A stretch of DNA of 64,000 nt. It comes from Eledone cirrhosa. Taxonomy: Eukaryota. The stretch is taken from assembly GCA_964016885.1 (NCBI GenBank), contig OZ024752.1, forward strand, positions 16,368,001-16,432,000. Reading direction: 5' to 3'. This document shows positions 27,410 through 41,714 of the stretch, one piece after another (position 1 is the first letter of the stretch; each line of letters begins with the position of its first letter). The translations under genes were made by a program, and so were the position numbers. The notes under the pieces are model-generated. The model saw only the letters and a list, made by a program, of their open reading frames with translations, was not told the DNA's origin and did not search any database.

Positions 27410-29090
27410 AAATATCTTTAAGTCGTTTGGAAGCCTCGACAATGCAAATGGGTAAATCTCCGGGTAACAAGGTCCGGTGGTGGAGAGAGAGATGTAAGTG
27501 GGTGTACGTTGAGATGCGTGGTGTGTATAAGATGTGTGAGATGTGTAGAATGAAGGGAAGAGTATAAAGGATAAAAATAAAAATAACAACACAAGAGAGA
27601 GTTACCTTGGGAGAGATTTAATAGTCCCTATATATTTCGGATTCACATCTATCAACTGGGTTTTTTTTCCGGGGTGGGGGAAAAGGTTGTCTGTCGGACA
27701 AGTCCGGAACGCGTCTTTTGCTGTTTGTTGTTTTGAATATCTGAGGTATTCGGCAGAGCGCGCGTGCGCGTGAAATGGGGTCGGTCGTACAGAGGTCAGC
27801 GGCCGAATGAGGGAGTGGGATGGCGCTAGCTGTCAGTCCATTCTCTGCCTGTTTGTTAAATGTTACTGTGTGTGTGCGTGTGTTGTTGACTCCTTGAGTG
27901 TGTGTGTTGTGTGTGTGTGTTGTTGCCTTGTTCATCTGTATTGGCAGTGTAGTATGTTCGTATGGTGCAATGCTACTGTGTGTGTGTGCGTGTGTGTGTG
28001 TAGTTGTATCGTTTGCGTGTGTGTGTGTGTGTGTGTGCGTGTGTTGTTGCATCGCTTGTTAACTTAAACCAGCCATTTCATTTCGCTTCTCTCTGATCGG
28101 TTGTTTATTTGCAGTTGCAGTCGTTTGATAAAAAGCGCTTCCTTGATACGTAACGTGCCGACGTTTCTTTCAGTCGCTAGAATTGTGACAATGGGCCTTC
28201 CGTCTTTGTTTCCGCATTTGTCTATGTGTTTCCGGAAAGACGAGGCCCTGGTTTTAGTCACAATTCTAGCGACTGAAAGAAACGTCGGCACGTTACGTAT
28301 CAAGGAAGCGCTTTTTATCAAACGACTGCAACCGCAAATAAACAACCGATCAGAGAGAAGCGAAATGAAATGGCTGGTTTAAGTTAACAAGCGATGCAAC
28401 AACACACAACACACGCACACACACACACACGCAAACGAGACAACTACACACACACACGCACACACACACAGTAGCATTCCACCATACGAACATACTACAC
28501 TGCCAATACAGATGAACAAGGCAACAACACACACACACACACAACACACACACTCAAGCGAGACAACAACACACGCACATACACACACAGTAACATTTAA
28601 CAAACAGGCAGAGAATGGACTGACAGCTAGCGCCATCCCACTCCCTCATTCGGCCGCTGACCTCTTTACGACCGACCCCATTTCACGCGCACGCGCGCTC
28701 TGCCGAATACCTCAGATATTCAAAACAACAAACAGCGAAAGACGCGTTCCGGACTTGTCCGACAGACAACCTTTTCCCCCACCCCGGAAAAAAACCCCCA
28801 GTTGATAGATGTGAATCCGAAATATATAGGGACTATTAAATCTCTCCCAAGGTAACTCTCTCTTGTGTTGTTATTTTTATTTTTATCCTTTATACTCTTC
28901 CCTTCATTCTACACATCTCACACATCTTATACACACCACGCATCTCAACGTACACCCACTTACATCTCTCTCTCCACCACCGGGCCTTGTTACCCGGAGA
29001 TTTACCCATTTGCATTGTCGAGGCTTCCAAACGACTTAAAGATATTTACTTATTGTTCCACAATGCTTCAAGCAAACTTCAATACTCTCA
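27410..29090 (+). mobile_element. Giant fold-back PLE remnant: about 780-bp arms (27410-28189, 28257-29047) + 43-bp tail; GIY-YIG C-terminus at the centre
   Basis: Mirror ORFs 28064-28345(-) and 28101-28382(+) both end TILATERNVGTLRIKEALFIKRLQ.QINNRSE; long TA tracts on both sides. Confidence 0.9.
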
Positions 29091-29254
29091 TATATATATA
29101 TATATAAATATATATATATAAATATATATAAATAAATATATATATATAAATATATATATATAAATATATATATATAAATATATATATATAAATAAATATA
29201 TATATATAAATATATATATATAAATATATATATATAAATAAATATATATATATA

Positions 29255-29288
<34 letters not shown>

Positions 29289-31580
29289 AATATATATATA
29301 TATAAGTATATACATATACTTATATATATATGTATATATATATATATAAATATATATATATACATATTATATATATATGTGTGTGTGTGTGTATATATAT
29401 ATATACATATATTTATATACACATATGTCGCCATGTTGGAACAGTTGAGGCCGATAATATTTATGGCAAGCTCTGCATTAAGTAGACGTGACCCTTTAGG
29501 TTTTGATTTTGTATCCCACCAAATGTAATTTTGTATTTCATCATCCCGTGGTTGATAAAATATGTTCTGGTTAGTGGAATGGAATGGAACTCCGTCGGTT
29601 TCGACGATGAGTGATCCAGTTGTTCGACAAATGATACACTCTGATCATGGAATTAATGTGTACCTGTCCAGGGTGTGACGGGATGGGGTGGAACTTCGTC
29701 GGTGTCGACGATCAGTGATCCGATTATTCGACTAACGATACACTGATCAATAAATTTACCGTGTAGGTGATTAATGATCGAGTATTTCATAGACACGTGT
29801 ACCTGTTACGTAATTCTCAGGGAGATTCAGAGTGACAACGAGTGACAGAGCTGACACAATGACTGATCCAGTTGTTCGATCAAGGTAACAACTTGATCAT
29901 GAAATAAACGTGTAAATGACTGAGCATTCTATAGTAGTTACTTCTGAGGGAGATTCCATATGACACATTATATGTGACAATTCTGGCTCTCTGAAGTAGA
30001 TGTACAGTCAATCCAACGGACATTTTATCATTTTGTGTCAATCCAACGGACATTTTATCATTTTCTGTCAATCCAATTTCACTCACAAGTCATGGTTCGA
30101 CCCGAGGATATGGTAAATGATATTTATTTAATCAATTTAAACGTCCGTATAGAGCTAGTAAGACATGACAGACAAGGAGAAGTACCTAATAGTACTTATG
30201 GCTGAGAAATAAAAAAAAAACGGAGATAAGTGAATATAAAAGCAAAAATAAAATTTAAAAAATAATAATAATAAAAACAAAATAGAATAAAAAATTTAAA
30301 TGTGGTAAAATAAACAAAAAAATAAAGAAAAAATGGTAACTGAGATATCAACTTCGACATAAAACACGAACAAATCATTTGATAACTGCTGTATCTGATA
30401 AAAATAAAACAAATATAATCATCCATTCTTAAACACGTATTACAGATAACTATTTAAGTGGTGACTTCATATGTATTATAGATTATATCGGAAGCTGTTT
30501 TCCAAGTAACTTATTTCGTTTCTTTCTCATAAATCTCTCTCCTTTACATAAATCTCACTTACTGCTCTTCTTATCCTTTGCATTATGTATGATCAGCAAT
30601 GCAGAATCCCTTAGTCCACTTAACATTTGGAATTATAACTTCAATATTCACGTGCATTCAGTCTATTCCAGTTTCATTTAATAGCTTGCATTGAACAACT
30701 TCGAATTTTAATATCAAAGTTAAAAAAACGAACACTAGTACGGATAAAACATAGGATAAAAATGTCCATAAAATTTCTTCCTACTTCAAATATAGTTAGT
30801 TGCGTGCCTTAGTATTTATATTACCACTCTATAAGAATTCAGCGGTGATACGGACAATGGTGTTACTATAACATTTGATCCGCTTCAAGGCGATGAAGAA
30901 TATTGTATATCGCTGTTTTTGTTGTTGTTTAATCCTAGATAAAACTTAATCAAGCACATCTATAATCAAAAACATTTCAGCCGTGACGATTCTGTCTTTT
31001 ACTCAGTCAAAATGTATCTAGGAATGCATTATTTAATGTATCCATTTTTAATGGGATTTCAAGAAGTGGCGGTTTATATCAGGTTGACTGGTTACGTTGA
31101 AACTCGTTTATTTTTTTTGTTGGGGGGGGGGTCTGTTCTTTTCAGTCATTTGAGTTCGATCATGCTTAAGAAGGGTGTTTTAGTCAATTATATCAACATC
31201 GGCACTTCGTCTAGTACTTATGTGTCTTTTAAACCAAGAAGCAAAGCATAGTCAACCGGGCGTAAAATTACTGCACGTTGTAATAGAACGAAGTATCTGG
31301 TATTTGAGAGAAGAAAACTTATAAACCGCACAGTTATGCCCACTCTTGTTATCGATTTCTTTCAATGGTGAAACTAAGATATTTATATTAATGGGAATAA
31401 TCGATTCTATTACTCGAAACATTTCTTTATTATCGACCACGTAGAAATGAAAAAACATGGTCGAGCAATTGTGGATTTTAACATAAAGGGACATCACTAA
31501 TTACCATAAACCACTTGATCCGACACTACCATTTCTGTCACTTCAACTACTTTACAGCAATAACAGATATTACTACACAG

Positions 31581-31673
<93 letters not shown>

Positions 31674-31689
31674 TTGTGTGTGTGTGAGA

Positions 31690-31741
<52 letters not shown>

Positions 31742-33559
31742 TCTCACACACACACAATATTTATTCAACTCTGTGGCATATGTTGGAAGCACGTGACCTA
31801 GTATAAATGTGTTGAACTTACCATCATAAGGTCATGAGCTCGGTTTCAGGACTGCATTATGTGTTGTGTTCTTGAGCAAAACACTTCATTTGACGTTGCT
31901 CCAGTATACGCAGCTGAAATTGAGTACCAGCAATAGCTAGGGGTTAACCCTGCGAAGGATTGGGGGTCATGTCCAGGGGAAGTTCTTGTACTTTTAGTCA
32001 CAAGGCGTCGGAAACAACAATCATCCTCATCCAATTATTGGTATAAAGGTAACAAATGTCATCAGGGTGCAGCCGTCGTGTTACGCAGTTTCTAAATTAC
32101 TTTGAAGTGACTACAACATCATTGCTTACTTAGTGTAGTACTGCTCGAATTACGTCATTAAGAGGAGCCTTGACGCAGCTGGTTTGCTATCACTAACGGA
32201 GCATCTCGATCTCGACTGGGGTAGGGGGTAAGCGCCCAGAGGTGATAACCCTTTTCCTGTTCGGTGCGGGGAGGTAAATCTCTAATATGAAACGCCTCCA
32301 ACCGAATCACGTCCCGGACACAGCTGTCCGGGTGCAGAAGAAGGAAAGATAAACAGATACCGATGCTCCAAAGGCAGCTTCCATTTTTTTTTTTTTTTTT
32401 TTTGCTAGTCACCGTCGAAACCTGTGGTGTCCTGGGTCCTCGAAGTGCCGTTTTTCTCTGTAAAGTATGGAGGAGTGCAACTGGGGAAATAGCTCCTCGG
32501 TGTAAAATGGCTGATTCAGCGGCTAATGCTGGCTGTTCTCTGCAGCAATGCTTTCGCCATCTTGTCAGCGGGACGCAGCTAAGATATACCGCCCTTTAAT
32601 GTTTTTTCTCTCTTAGTGCTTATTAATTTAATCTTTTACTTTTTTAATATTTTCATCATTGTATACTTTTCATGGCTGCGAATTAGTACGGTCGCTAGAA
32701 TGTCGAATATATTGGCTTTTGTTGTTCGTTCCTACTCTCTATTCTCTCTGATTTCAATTCCTGGCGAGGTTAACTTTCTCTTTTATCCTTACGAGGCCAG
32801 TAAATAGTACCGCTCTACCCAAAAATGTAATGACTCCCCGCACATTCTTTTGTGTTATGGCCTGCTAATTTTTATTGTTATTCTTTTATCCAAGTGATCT
32901 CAACTAAAAGACGGCCATAACTCAAAACATCTAGCACTATCGATTAATCTAGCACTATCGATTAATCTATTGCTCTGTTATTTTCCTTTATTTATTTATT
33001 AAATAAATGAGCACATGATTTAAAATATTGAATTCCCATAAATTTTTATAGCAATCATTTTTTCGGGGTAAAAAACATTTTGTACATCAAAAGAAATTTT
33101 CAGCGAGAATATTTTTTGAAATGGTGATGAAAATAACAAATATTTGCAGCCATGATGTATGGTAGTTCTATTACTAAAATCTACCTTATAAACATGATTA
33201 GATCTTTACATAAAGTGTCGGAATTTTGTGACTAAATTTTTTATAGTAAAAATAAATTGTGTATGTATTTTCCTTACTGAATTTATTTATATTTAACTAA
33301 GATTATTGAAGATATATAACTTGAGTTCTTATATCTTGACGCTATATGGACGGGTGGTTAAGATGTTGGCAACGCATTCTTTAGATTCCGGGTTTGATCC
33401 CACTGCACGGCATCTTCGACAGGTGTCGTTTGCCTCGATTGAGGTCAGCCCATGCTTTGTGGGTGAAGTTAAGTACGTCTGAATACAGTAGATTTCTTCC
33501 AGAGAAAGATAGAAAGTGAGAGAGAAGAAATGAGAGATATAGAGGAAGAATGGACGCCA

Positions 33560-33700
33560 GTACTTTGCTGGTACTTTTTTTATCGACCTCGAATGGATGA
33601 AAGGCAAAGTTGACCTCGGCGAGATTTGAACTGAGAGAGCTGGAACGAATACCATAAAGCATTCTATCCGATGTTCTAACGACTCTGCCAATTCACTGTC
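33560..33700 (-). mobile_element. tRNA-derived SINE (diverged)
   Basis: ggatgaaaggcaaagttgacctcggcgagatttgaact. Confidence 0.7.
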
Positions 33701-34712
33701 TTAATAAATGTATTCTGTGGACAGAATGGAGTACATTGTTTCATTCAGAAAATCAAGAATATAAATATTCAATTTTACGGCTACAAAAAAACAGCGAGTG
33801 TTGCGGGCCATTCTCCGCAGAAATGTATGTGCTTATCCCAACCTACAGACTAATTCTATGTTGTCAAATACGGCGTAAGCACATGTTACTACCTAATTTT
33901 TCAAATTCGCTAGCCGTTTCTAAACAAAGCCTGCTTTGTATCTCGCTATTTATATACATATATATACCTGCTATGGTTATATAGCTTCTAATTGAATGGA
34001 AGGAAACATGGGTGGTGTGTGTGCGTGTAATGGTAACATATTGATCTGACAAACCAAAGACGTAGGTTCGTGTCCTATGTACGTCAATAGTCATCCTTTT
34101 TTTCAATTCAGAGGTTTGGGGGTTTTTTTAAATCCCAACTAACAAACTAATTCTATGTAGTTAAATACAGCGTAAGCACATGTTACTACCTATTTTTTAA
34201 ATTGGCTAGCCGTTTCTAAACAAAGGCTGCTTTGTATCTCGCTATTTACATACATATATTTACATGATATATTCCATGGATAAATTATTATAGTTGTTTA
34301 AGAAAAAAATTAAATTCACTCATCTACAGGGAACAAAAGACACTGAAAATCTAATTTCTAAAAATGTAATAACTTCATAATTTTGTTATGATTCTTTAAT
34401 TGTTAAGTAAAGAAACTTCGAAATATTTCAGTACAATATGTAAATGTTGATATATACGAAAAAACAAACCACAAAAGTATACTGATCTACAGAACAAGAA
34501 CAGATTTATATATCATATATACGTCCTTCTAAAGAGAATGTACATCTATATATATATATAGCAAGAATGTGTAGGTGTATGGGAAACTATATGTGTTGGT
34601 GAGGGTATGTGTACGAGTGTGTGTGTGTATGAGTGTGTGTATGTATGTGTGTGTATATATATATATATATATACAGGATGTGCCAAAGAAATGTATACAC
34701 ACTTTAACATCA

Positions 34713-34797
<85 letters not shown>

Positions 34798-34825
34798 GTT
34801 ATGTAATAAACAACATAAGATAATT

Positions 34826-34900
34826 ATTTCGTTTACCAAAGGTTTCACGAAGACAGATGAGCTTGGCACAACCGTCTGCCTTCTATTGTCAGAATGAAAT
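34826..34900 (-). ncRNA. Decayed hammerhead ribozyme next to a TA tract
   Basis: rc: atttcatt CTGACAA ta gaaggcaga...tctgtcttc gt GAAA cctttg GTA aacgaaat. Confidence 0.55.
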
Positions 34901-35113
34901 GAATTTTATTAAAATGGAAATGAGGTATGTATTTCAAAACAGAATCTATGATAAATGAAAGCGAGGCTGAAATAACGGACAAAATGCAAAGGGGTAATAT
35001 AAATAAAAAATGTATATGTATATATACAAACGCATATACAACCACAAACTCACGTACATACATAAACTATTACGTTCACACATACGTATATGTGCGTCTA
35101 CATGCAAATACGA

Positions 35114-35191
<78 letters not shown>

Positions 35192-35949
35192 CAGTTTTCG
35201 TGGCGTCAAGTGACTGAGATTACATAACTTCCCCCTGAACAGGACGCCAGTCCATCACAGGTTTAAACTCCCAAATACTGCTGGTACTCATTTTCAGTTG
35301 AATATACTAGAGCAATGTGAATCGAAGTGTTTTGTTCAAGAGCACGACACACAACCCAGTCTAGCTGTCGAACCCACGACGTTGTGATCATAATACCAGC
35401 ATACTTACCACTAGGCCACACGCCTCCACACAAACATATGTACTTTGAACGTAATTCTCAAGAACATTCAGCAAGCATGTTGGTAGACGACAATGCTACT
35501 TTTTGAAATACAGCTACAGTTCATCAAACGGGCTTCCAAACAGTTTCCGTCTACCTAATTTCACTCAAAAAGTATGGGTTGACATTTACCCGGGATTCCA
35601 AGCAGTAAGATCGAACCTGGAACCTAATGATTGTGAACTGAACTCCTTAAACATTTGTCTATGATGTATCCACAATAATAGTTCCATATAAATGATATTT
35701 TCAAAAATAAGATATGCTAAAAATTTAATCAATTTCAGATGTTATGTTAATAAAGTTTTCCTAGCACACGAATAAATATTGGAATTTGGGTAGATATGAA
35801 AACATTGGAATGAAATGAACCTTTACATGAACTGTCAGACAGACTTGCATGTGTCTGCGGGAGTGTTTATGTTTTGTAACGGAGTAGAGAAAATTAATTT
35901 TAGAGGAAACATAAAAATAGAAGACAGATAAAGATTAACAACAACATCA

Positions 35950-36370
35950 ATGAACAACAACAACAACAACAACGACGACAACAACAACAACAGCAACAAC
36001 AACAACAACAGCAACAACAACGACAACGACAGCAACAACAACAACAAGGACAACGACAACAACAACAACAACGACAACAACAATGACAGCAACAACAGCA
36101 ACAACAATGACAACAACAACAACAACGACAACAGCAAGGACAACAACAACAACAACGACAACAACATCAATGACAACAACAGCAACAACGACGACAACAA
36201 CAACAACGACAACAACAGCAACAACAACAACAATGACAACAACAACGAACGACAACGATGAACGACAACAACAAAACGACAACAACAGCAACAACAACAA
36301 CGACGACAACAACAACGGCATCAACATCAACGACAACAACATCAAACGACAACTCCAACAACAGCAGCAA
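35950..36370. repeat. Degenerate (AAC/GAC/AGC)n microsatellite
   Basis: Directly visible. Confidence 0.93.
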
Positions 36371-36934
36371 TATCTTGTAAGTCATAGTAGAACTATATTC
36401 GCTACTACATGAAAATGTATTAAAGACGTCTCTTCCACTTCAATATATATGTCAAATATATAAGAACCCTAGAGCAAATCCCGAGCAACGCCGGGCCATT
36501 CCTCTCGTATATGTTAATTCTGATCAATATTAGTTTTATATTGAGAACATCACAGAGTCCTGCAATATTATAAATACATTTAAGAATTCTCTCCCCACTG
36601 CTTCGGCAAATACGATAAAATATGTGTTCCGCTGAAGAGGTATAACAAACCCAAAACATGTCTGTAGTTATCTCCCCTACCTGCCGAAATTCCGAAAACA
36701 ATAAAGTAACAAAAGTCATTGAACTATTGTATTTACCTCGCCGTATACATACATGTTAGGTCCCGTAATTTCAGAGGGAGTCGTAGGTGCACCGCATTGA
36801 TACACAGCGTTTCTAGGGTATTTCTATGCCTTGTGGAAGCCATCTCCTGGTCTGAACACTGCAGATTTCTTCCAGAGAATGGTAGAAAGTGAGAGAGGGG
36901 AACTGAGGAAAAGATATAGAGGAAGGATGGACTC

Positions 36935-37680
36935 CCAGTACTAGATTGGTATTTTTTATCAACCTCGAAAGGATGAAAAGCAAAGTTGACCTTGGTGGGA
37001 TTTGAACTCAGAGACCAGAAAGCCAGGACGAATACTATAAAGCGTTCTATCTGACTTTCTAACGACTCTACTATTCTATCTGATGTTCTAACGACTCTAC
37101 CATTCTATCTGACGGTCTGATAACTCTACCATTTTATCTGACGTCTCTACCATTCTGACGTTCTAACGAATCTACCATTTTATCTGACGTCTCTACCATT
37201 CTATCTGACGTTCTAACCACTCTACGAATTCGCCACCTTATGAAGAAATATAACAAACCAAAAACGTCCTTGGTTATCTCCCTTACCTGCCGAAATTCCT
37301 AAAATAATTGTTTCTACTTTTGGCACAAGGCCAGCAATTATCCAGTACATTACTGGTACTTTATTTCATCGACCCCGTAAGGAAGAAAAGCAAAGTTAAC
37401 CTCGGCGGGATTTGAACTCAGAACGCAAAGGGCCATAACTCTATGCTGCAAAGCATGGTGTCTGACGCTCTATCGATACTGCCAATCCACCGCCCCAAAA
37501 TAATTGTTTCTACTTTTGGCATAAGGCCTGCAATTATCCCAGTGTATTACTGGTACTTTATTTTATCGACGCCATAAGGATGAAATGCCAAGTTAACCTT
37601 GGCGGGATTTAAACTCAGACCGTAAATGGGCGTAACTCCATACTACAAAGCATGGCGTTCGACTCTATCGATACTGCCAA
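36935..37680 (-). mobile_element. Cluster of three tRNA-derived SINE copies; the first has a short internal tandem expansion (37045-37225)
   Basis: Repeated aaagttaacctcggcgggatttgaactcag; repeats of ttctatctgacgttctaacgactctacca. Confidence 0.8.
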
Positions 37681-37789
37681 TATAATGAAGTAACAATGGT
37701 CATTGAGCTAATGTATTTTACTCACCATATAAGTATTTTTAATTACGTTTTTGCTGCTCACTGGACTAACTATATCAACTCCAATGCAA

Positions 37790-38113
37790 AGTAAAGACTC
37801 CTTCAGTCACGAATGACCATGGCATTTACTCTTAGAAAGTTCCCCTCCAAGGCACATGTCCGGGCAAGGTTGTTTATGGATGACCAGTAGTCACCTATGG
37901 ATACCAGTATCCCCTCTCCATGCCACCGATGTCCAATTGAAAGGCAATGGCCGATACAGCTTGGCACCAGTGACGTCACCATACATTTCTAGAGCTGAGT
38001 GAACTGGAAATAAAATGTCTTGCTCAAGAACACAACACACAACCCGGTCCGAGAATCGAACTCGCAACCTCACGATTGTAAGCCCGACATTCTAACAACT
38101 AAGCCATGCGCCT
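37790..38113 (-). mobile_element. Second tRNA-derived SINE family (related pieces near 31785-32030, 35215-35430, 40250-40340)
   Basis: rc: ggcgcatggcttagttgttaga...gagttcgattctcggaccggg..ttcttgagcaagaca. Confidence 0.7.
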
Positions 38114-39636
38114 TCTGTCCAATGTATCCCTATAATAAATAAGTGGAATGGAATGAACACCCATTGATTTCAACTATGAGGGTTCCAGTTGTTTGATCAA
38201 TGAATAACCGGGTCCCGAAAATCTACGTGTAAGGGGCTGAGCATTCAATAGAATGTGTAACTTTAACTTAATTCTCAGTGAGATTCAATTTGGCACAATC
38301 TGTGACAAGACGAGCCTATTGAATTATAAGTACAGACTACCAAATTTCACTGACAATGCTACATTCGACCCGAGGCTATGCTGAATGACACTTTCCACGA
38401 TGCTTCATGGTGAAATTGAACCTGGGGTATACTGATTGTGAAGCGAACGTCTTAACCATTAGGCCTTGTTACATTCATATTAAATAAGTAGGGAAAACAG
38501 CAAGACTACCAATGAGCTCAACTTTCACATATTTTTCGATTCCGAATGCAGTAAAAATATAGCACTATGGCATTGCTGATGTTTCATCTTTGAGTTTACT
38601 TGTGTAATGTTTTTGGCAAATGAATTCTGCCCATTTCTTTCCATGAGTATGATAGAATTATAAATTTCTCATTTTTTTAATTCTTAGTTAGGGCATCGCT
38701 CGTGCCTTTTTTTTTTGTTTAGATTTGTACAAGTCCTCGTGGATAGTAGAAGAAGAACGTGAGGAAGTATCCTCAAACCCAGCATCTGCTCTGAAAGTTT
38801 GCAGCAGAGTGAAGTCCGCTAAAAACAGCTGAGAACCAGTTGGAATGTTAAACCGAGTGATGAATTCAGTTGCTTCTTTTTCTTCTTGCGTATGAGACTG
38901 TTGTCGTTCACCTGGTCGATATCAGTGATTAGTGATCAATGATCAGTTTCCACCGGCGACCACCGCGAGGAAATCGACAACTTGGACCCCAAGAATTAAG
39001 CTGACCACCCGAGAATTCAAAACAAAGAACTGGAATAAATATTGCAAGATATATCCTCTGGCACTCTAACAATTTAGCCAGTCTACCACCAGGGAATGGT
39101 ACGTTTACGTTATCACTCTCGGAAGACCAGAAGGTAGAGTTAAGCTCAACTGTGACTCAGAACAAATATCACAATGAATTTTACATTACTTTTTAACGAA
39201 TGAGGAATGAAAACCATCCAATTAATCTAGTTAACATTTGCTAAATATCACTATGCCACTCCAGTTACCTTCAATAGAATCACTGAGGGAGAAAACTAGA
39301 AATAGCAGAAATTCTCATGTGTTTTCAGAATAAATAACCTTTGCAATTGAGTTTAGAAATAAAATTAATATGTGTTCTAACGCCTATAACATTATTGTGA
39401 AGATCAGAGTATTGAAATTAATCCCAGGTTAATAATTCACAAATTAAACCTTTCGGCTGGGGGTTGTTTGTTTTTGAAAAGACATTTTTTTGCTTTGTTT
39501 TTATACAGATAACTTGCAATAATTTCTTAGTATATGGAGTTGGGTTCTTCGCCTCACTCGACGATGAGCATTTCCTTAACGTACTTTTTAGATGGTATCA
39601 GCAGAATATAATATAGTTGCAGACACAAACTGGAGA

Positions 39637-39690
<54 letters not shown>

Positions 39691-39692
<2 letters not shown>

Positions 39693-40018
39693 CCAAAGAT
39701 TAATATGGTTCATTGATTACTCAATGAATATAGTTTTACAATAGATTAAAAGCACTCTACAGTGATGTTTTCTGGAGTTATCAATCTTATTCAGAATATT
39801 AATAAATGAAGATATTCACATAATCAAAATATGTTTTATTATATATATTTCGAAGGTACTGTGCTGTTTTTCAGTACGTCCTCGTCATGTATTTTATCAT
39901 GTTTTTTATCTGACGAGGACGTACTGAAAAAACAGCACAATACCTTCGAAATATATATAATAAAACATATATTTTGATTATGTGAATGTCTTCATTTATT
40001 AATATTCTGAATAAGATT
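39691..40018 (-). mobile_element. Fold-back element (hairpin 39783-40018 + tail 39691-39782), same family as 45540-47343
   Basis: Inverted arms of about 105 bp; tail homologous to 47251-47343; hammerhead ttttat CTGACGA gg...ttc GAAA tatat ATA ataaaa at 39903-39965. Confidence 0.87.
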
Positions 40019-40193
40019 ATTTATATATATATATATATATAAGTATGCATACGTACATATATATATATATAAGTATGTATACATACATACATACATATAT
40101 ATATACATATATATACATATATATATATATACTTATATTTAAGTAACAGCCGTACTAAGGTGAAATGAAATTTCGTTTCATTTTTTCCGTTTA

Positions 40194-40224
<31 letters not shown>

Positions 40225-40465
40225 GGGGGGGGGGGGGGGGGGGGTAGAGAATAGGATTCGCAATCGTGAGGTTGTGAGTTCGATTCCCGGACCGGGCGAT
40301 GCGTTATGTCCTTGAGCAAGACACTTTATTTCACGTTGCTCCTTCTACCTGGAGTAGCTACCGATAGACAGTATTTGTAATTGGAAAGACCAATGGAAAC
40401 ATCATTTCCTCGGTCCGATTTGACGACAGTCGATCGTTCCTTTATTTTAAATATATAATGATGAC

Positions 40466-41400
40466 GATGGCAGCAACTCGATATCGAGTAATGCCATCGT
40501 TTGATACTTAAGAATGAGCATCATGGACGTGGCTTTTTGGTCCTGTTAGGGACTTGCATTATTGCCATCCATCGGTCTCAAAAGAACATGAATCTGCGTC
40601 TGAAGAATTATGTGCCAGCTGATGATGATAGTGCAGTGTCTGCTATGATTGTACAGGCCCACGTGGGAGTGGCAGTACTGTATACAACGACTGCATCTGT
40701 AGATACTCTCCTCCGGTACTACTGTGGTTGTACAGGCCCACGTGGGAGTGGCAGTCCTGTATACAACGACTGCATCTGTAGATACTCTCCTCCGGTATTA
40801 CTGTGGTTGTACAGGCCCACGTGGGAGTGGCAGTCCTGTATACAACGACTACATTGGTAGATGCTCTCCTCTGGTACTACTGTGGTTGTACAGACCCACG
40901 TGGGAGTGGCAGTCCTGTATACAACGACTACATTGGTAGATGCTCTCCTCTGGTACTACTGTGTTGTTCTTTTTTCGAGCACGATTTTCCTCCCCTCGCT
41001 CCATCCCCTTGTGCAATACTCGTCTCCATCATGGGCGATCATGGGTGGTCTCCTCCCATTTCCGGCTATCCATGTCTATTGACTTCATATCCTTCTTGCA
41101 GACATCTTTGACACGAAGATGAGGTCGCCCTTGTGCTATTGTGCCGGTGGCCAGTTTCCCATATAGTAGGACGCTGTTTGAGCAGGGTTTATATGTTGGG
41201 TATATGCTGAGTTGAGGACTTCAGTGTTGGTGACCCAGTCGGTCCACTTAATATCCAAAATGCGTCTCAGTCTACGAAGAAGGAAGATATTGAGACGCCG
41301 CTCCTGTCTGGAGTAGAGGCTCCATGTCTCACTGCCGTAATGTAGTGTGATGAGGACACACGCCTTGTAGACTGTAAAGTGGATGTTTATCCATACCTTA
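40466..41400 (-). mobile_element. Decayed 3' fragment of a second RTE LINE
   Basis: VYKACVLITLHYGSETW..QERRLN..LRRILDIKW..VTNTEVL; terminal zinc finger; 3' stem-loop ctcgatatcgag. Confidence 0.85.
40651..40962. repeat. 79-bp tandem repeat x4 derived from the RTE terminal zinc finger
   Basis: Units start at 40651, 40730, 40809, 40888; minus strand reads YRCSRCIQDCHSHVGLYNH. Confidence 0.9.
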
Positions 41401-41714
41401 ACAGTGTATATATAAACACACACATACATATATCGATACCTTAACAGTGTATAAACACACACACACAATATATATATATATATGCATACACACATACACA
41501 CGCATACATATACACAGTTACATATATACACATATACCCATGCATACATATATACATATATCTATCATTTCCAGTACTACAACGAAATCATAGCAGGAAC
41601 CTTCGTTTCGTTGGTTAGAAAGACCAACTTTACATCCTATTCTTCCGTGGTATAGACGTACCAGATACTAATTTCCTTCACAAATATACATTATCATACT
41701 GTATATTATTATTA

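Noticed and set aside
32158-32600. TTAA-bounded DNA transposon
   Set aside because: The GC-richer island is flanked by TTAA, but the terminal inverted repeats are too weak to support a call
33835-34258. About 125-bp direct repeat pair as LTRs
   Set aside because: No TG...CA ends, PBS or PPT; looks like a local duplication
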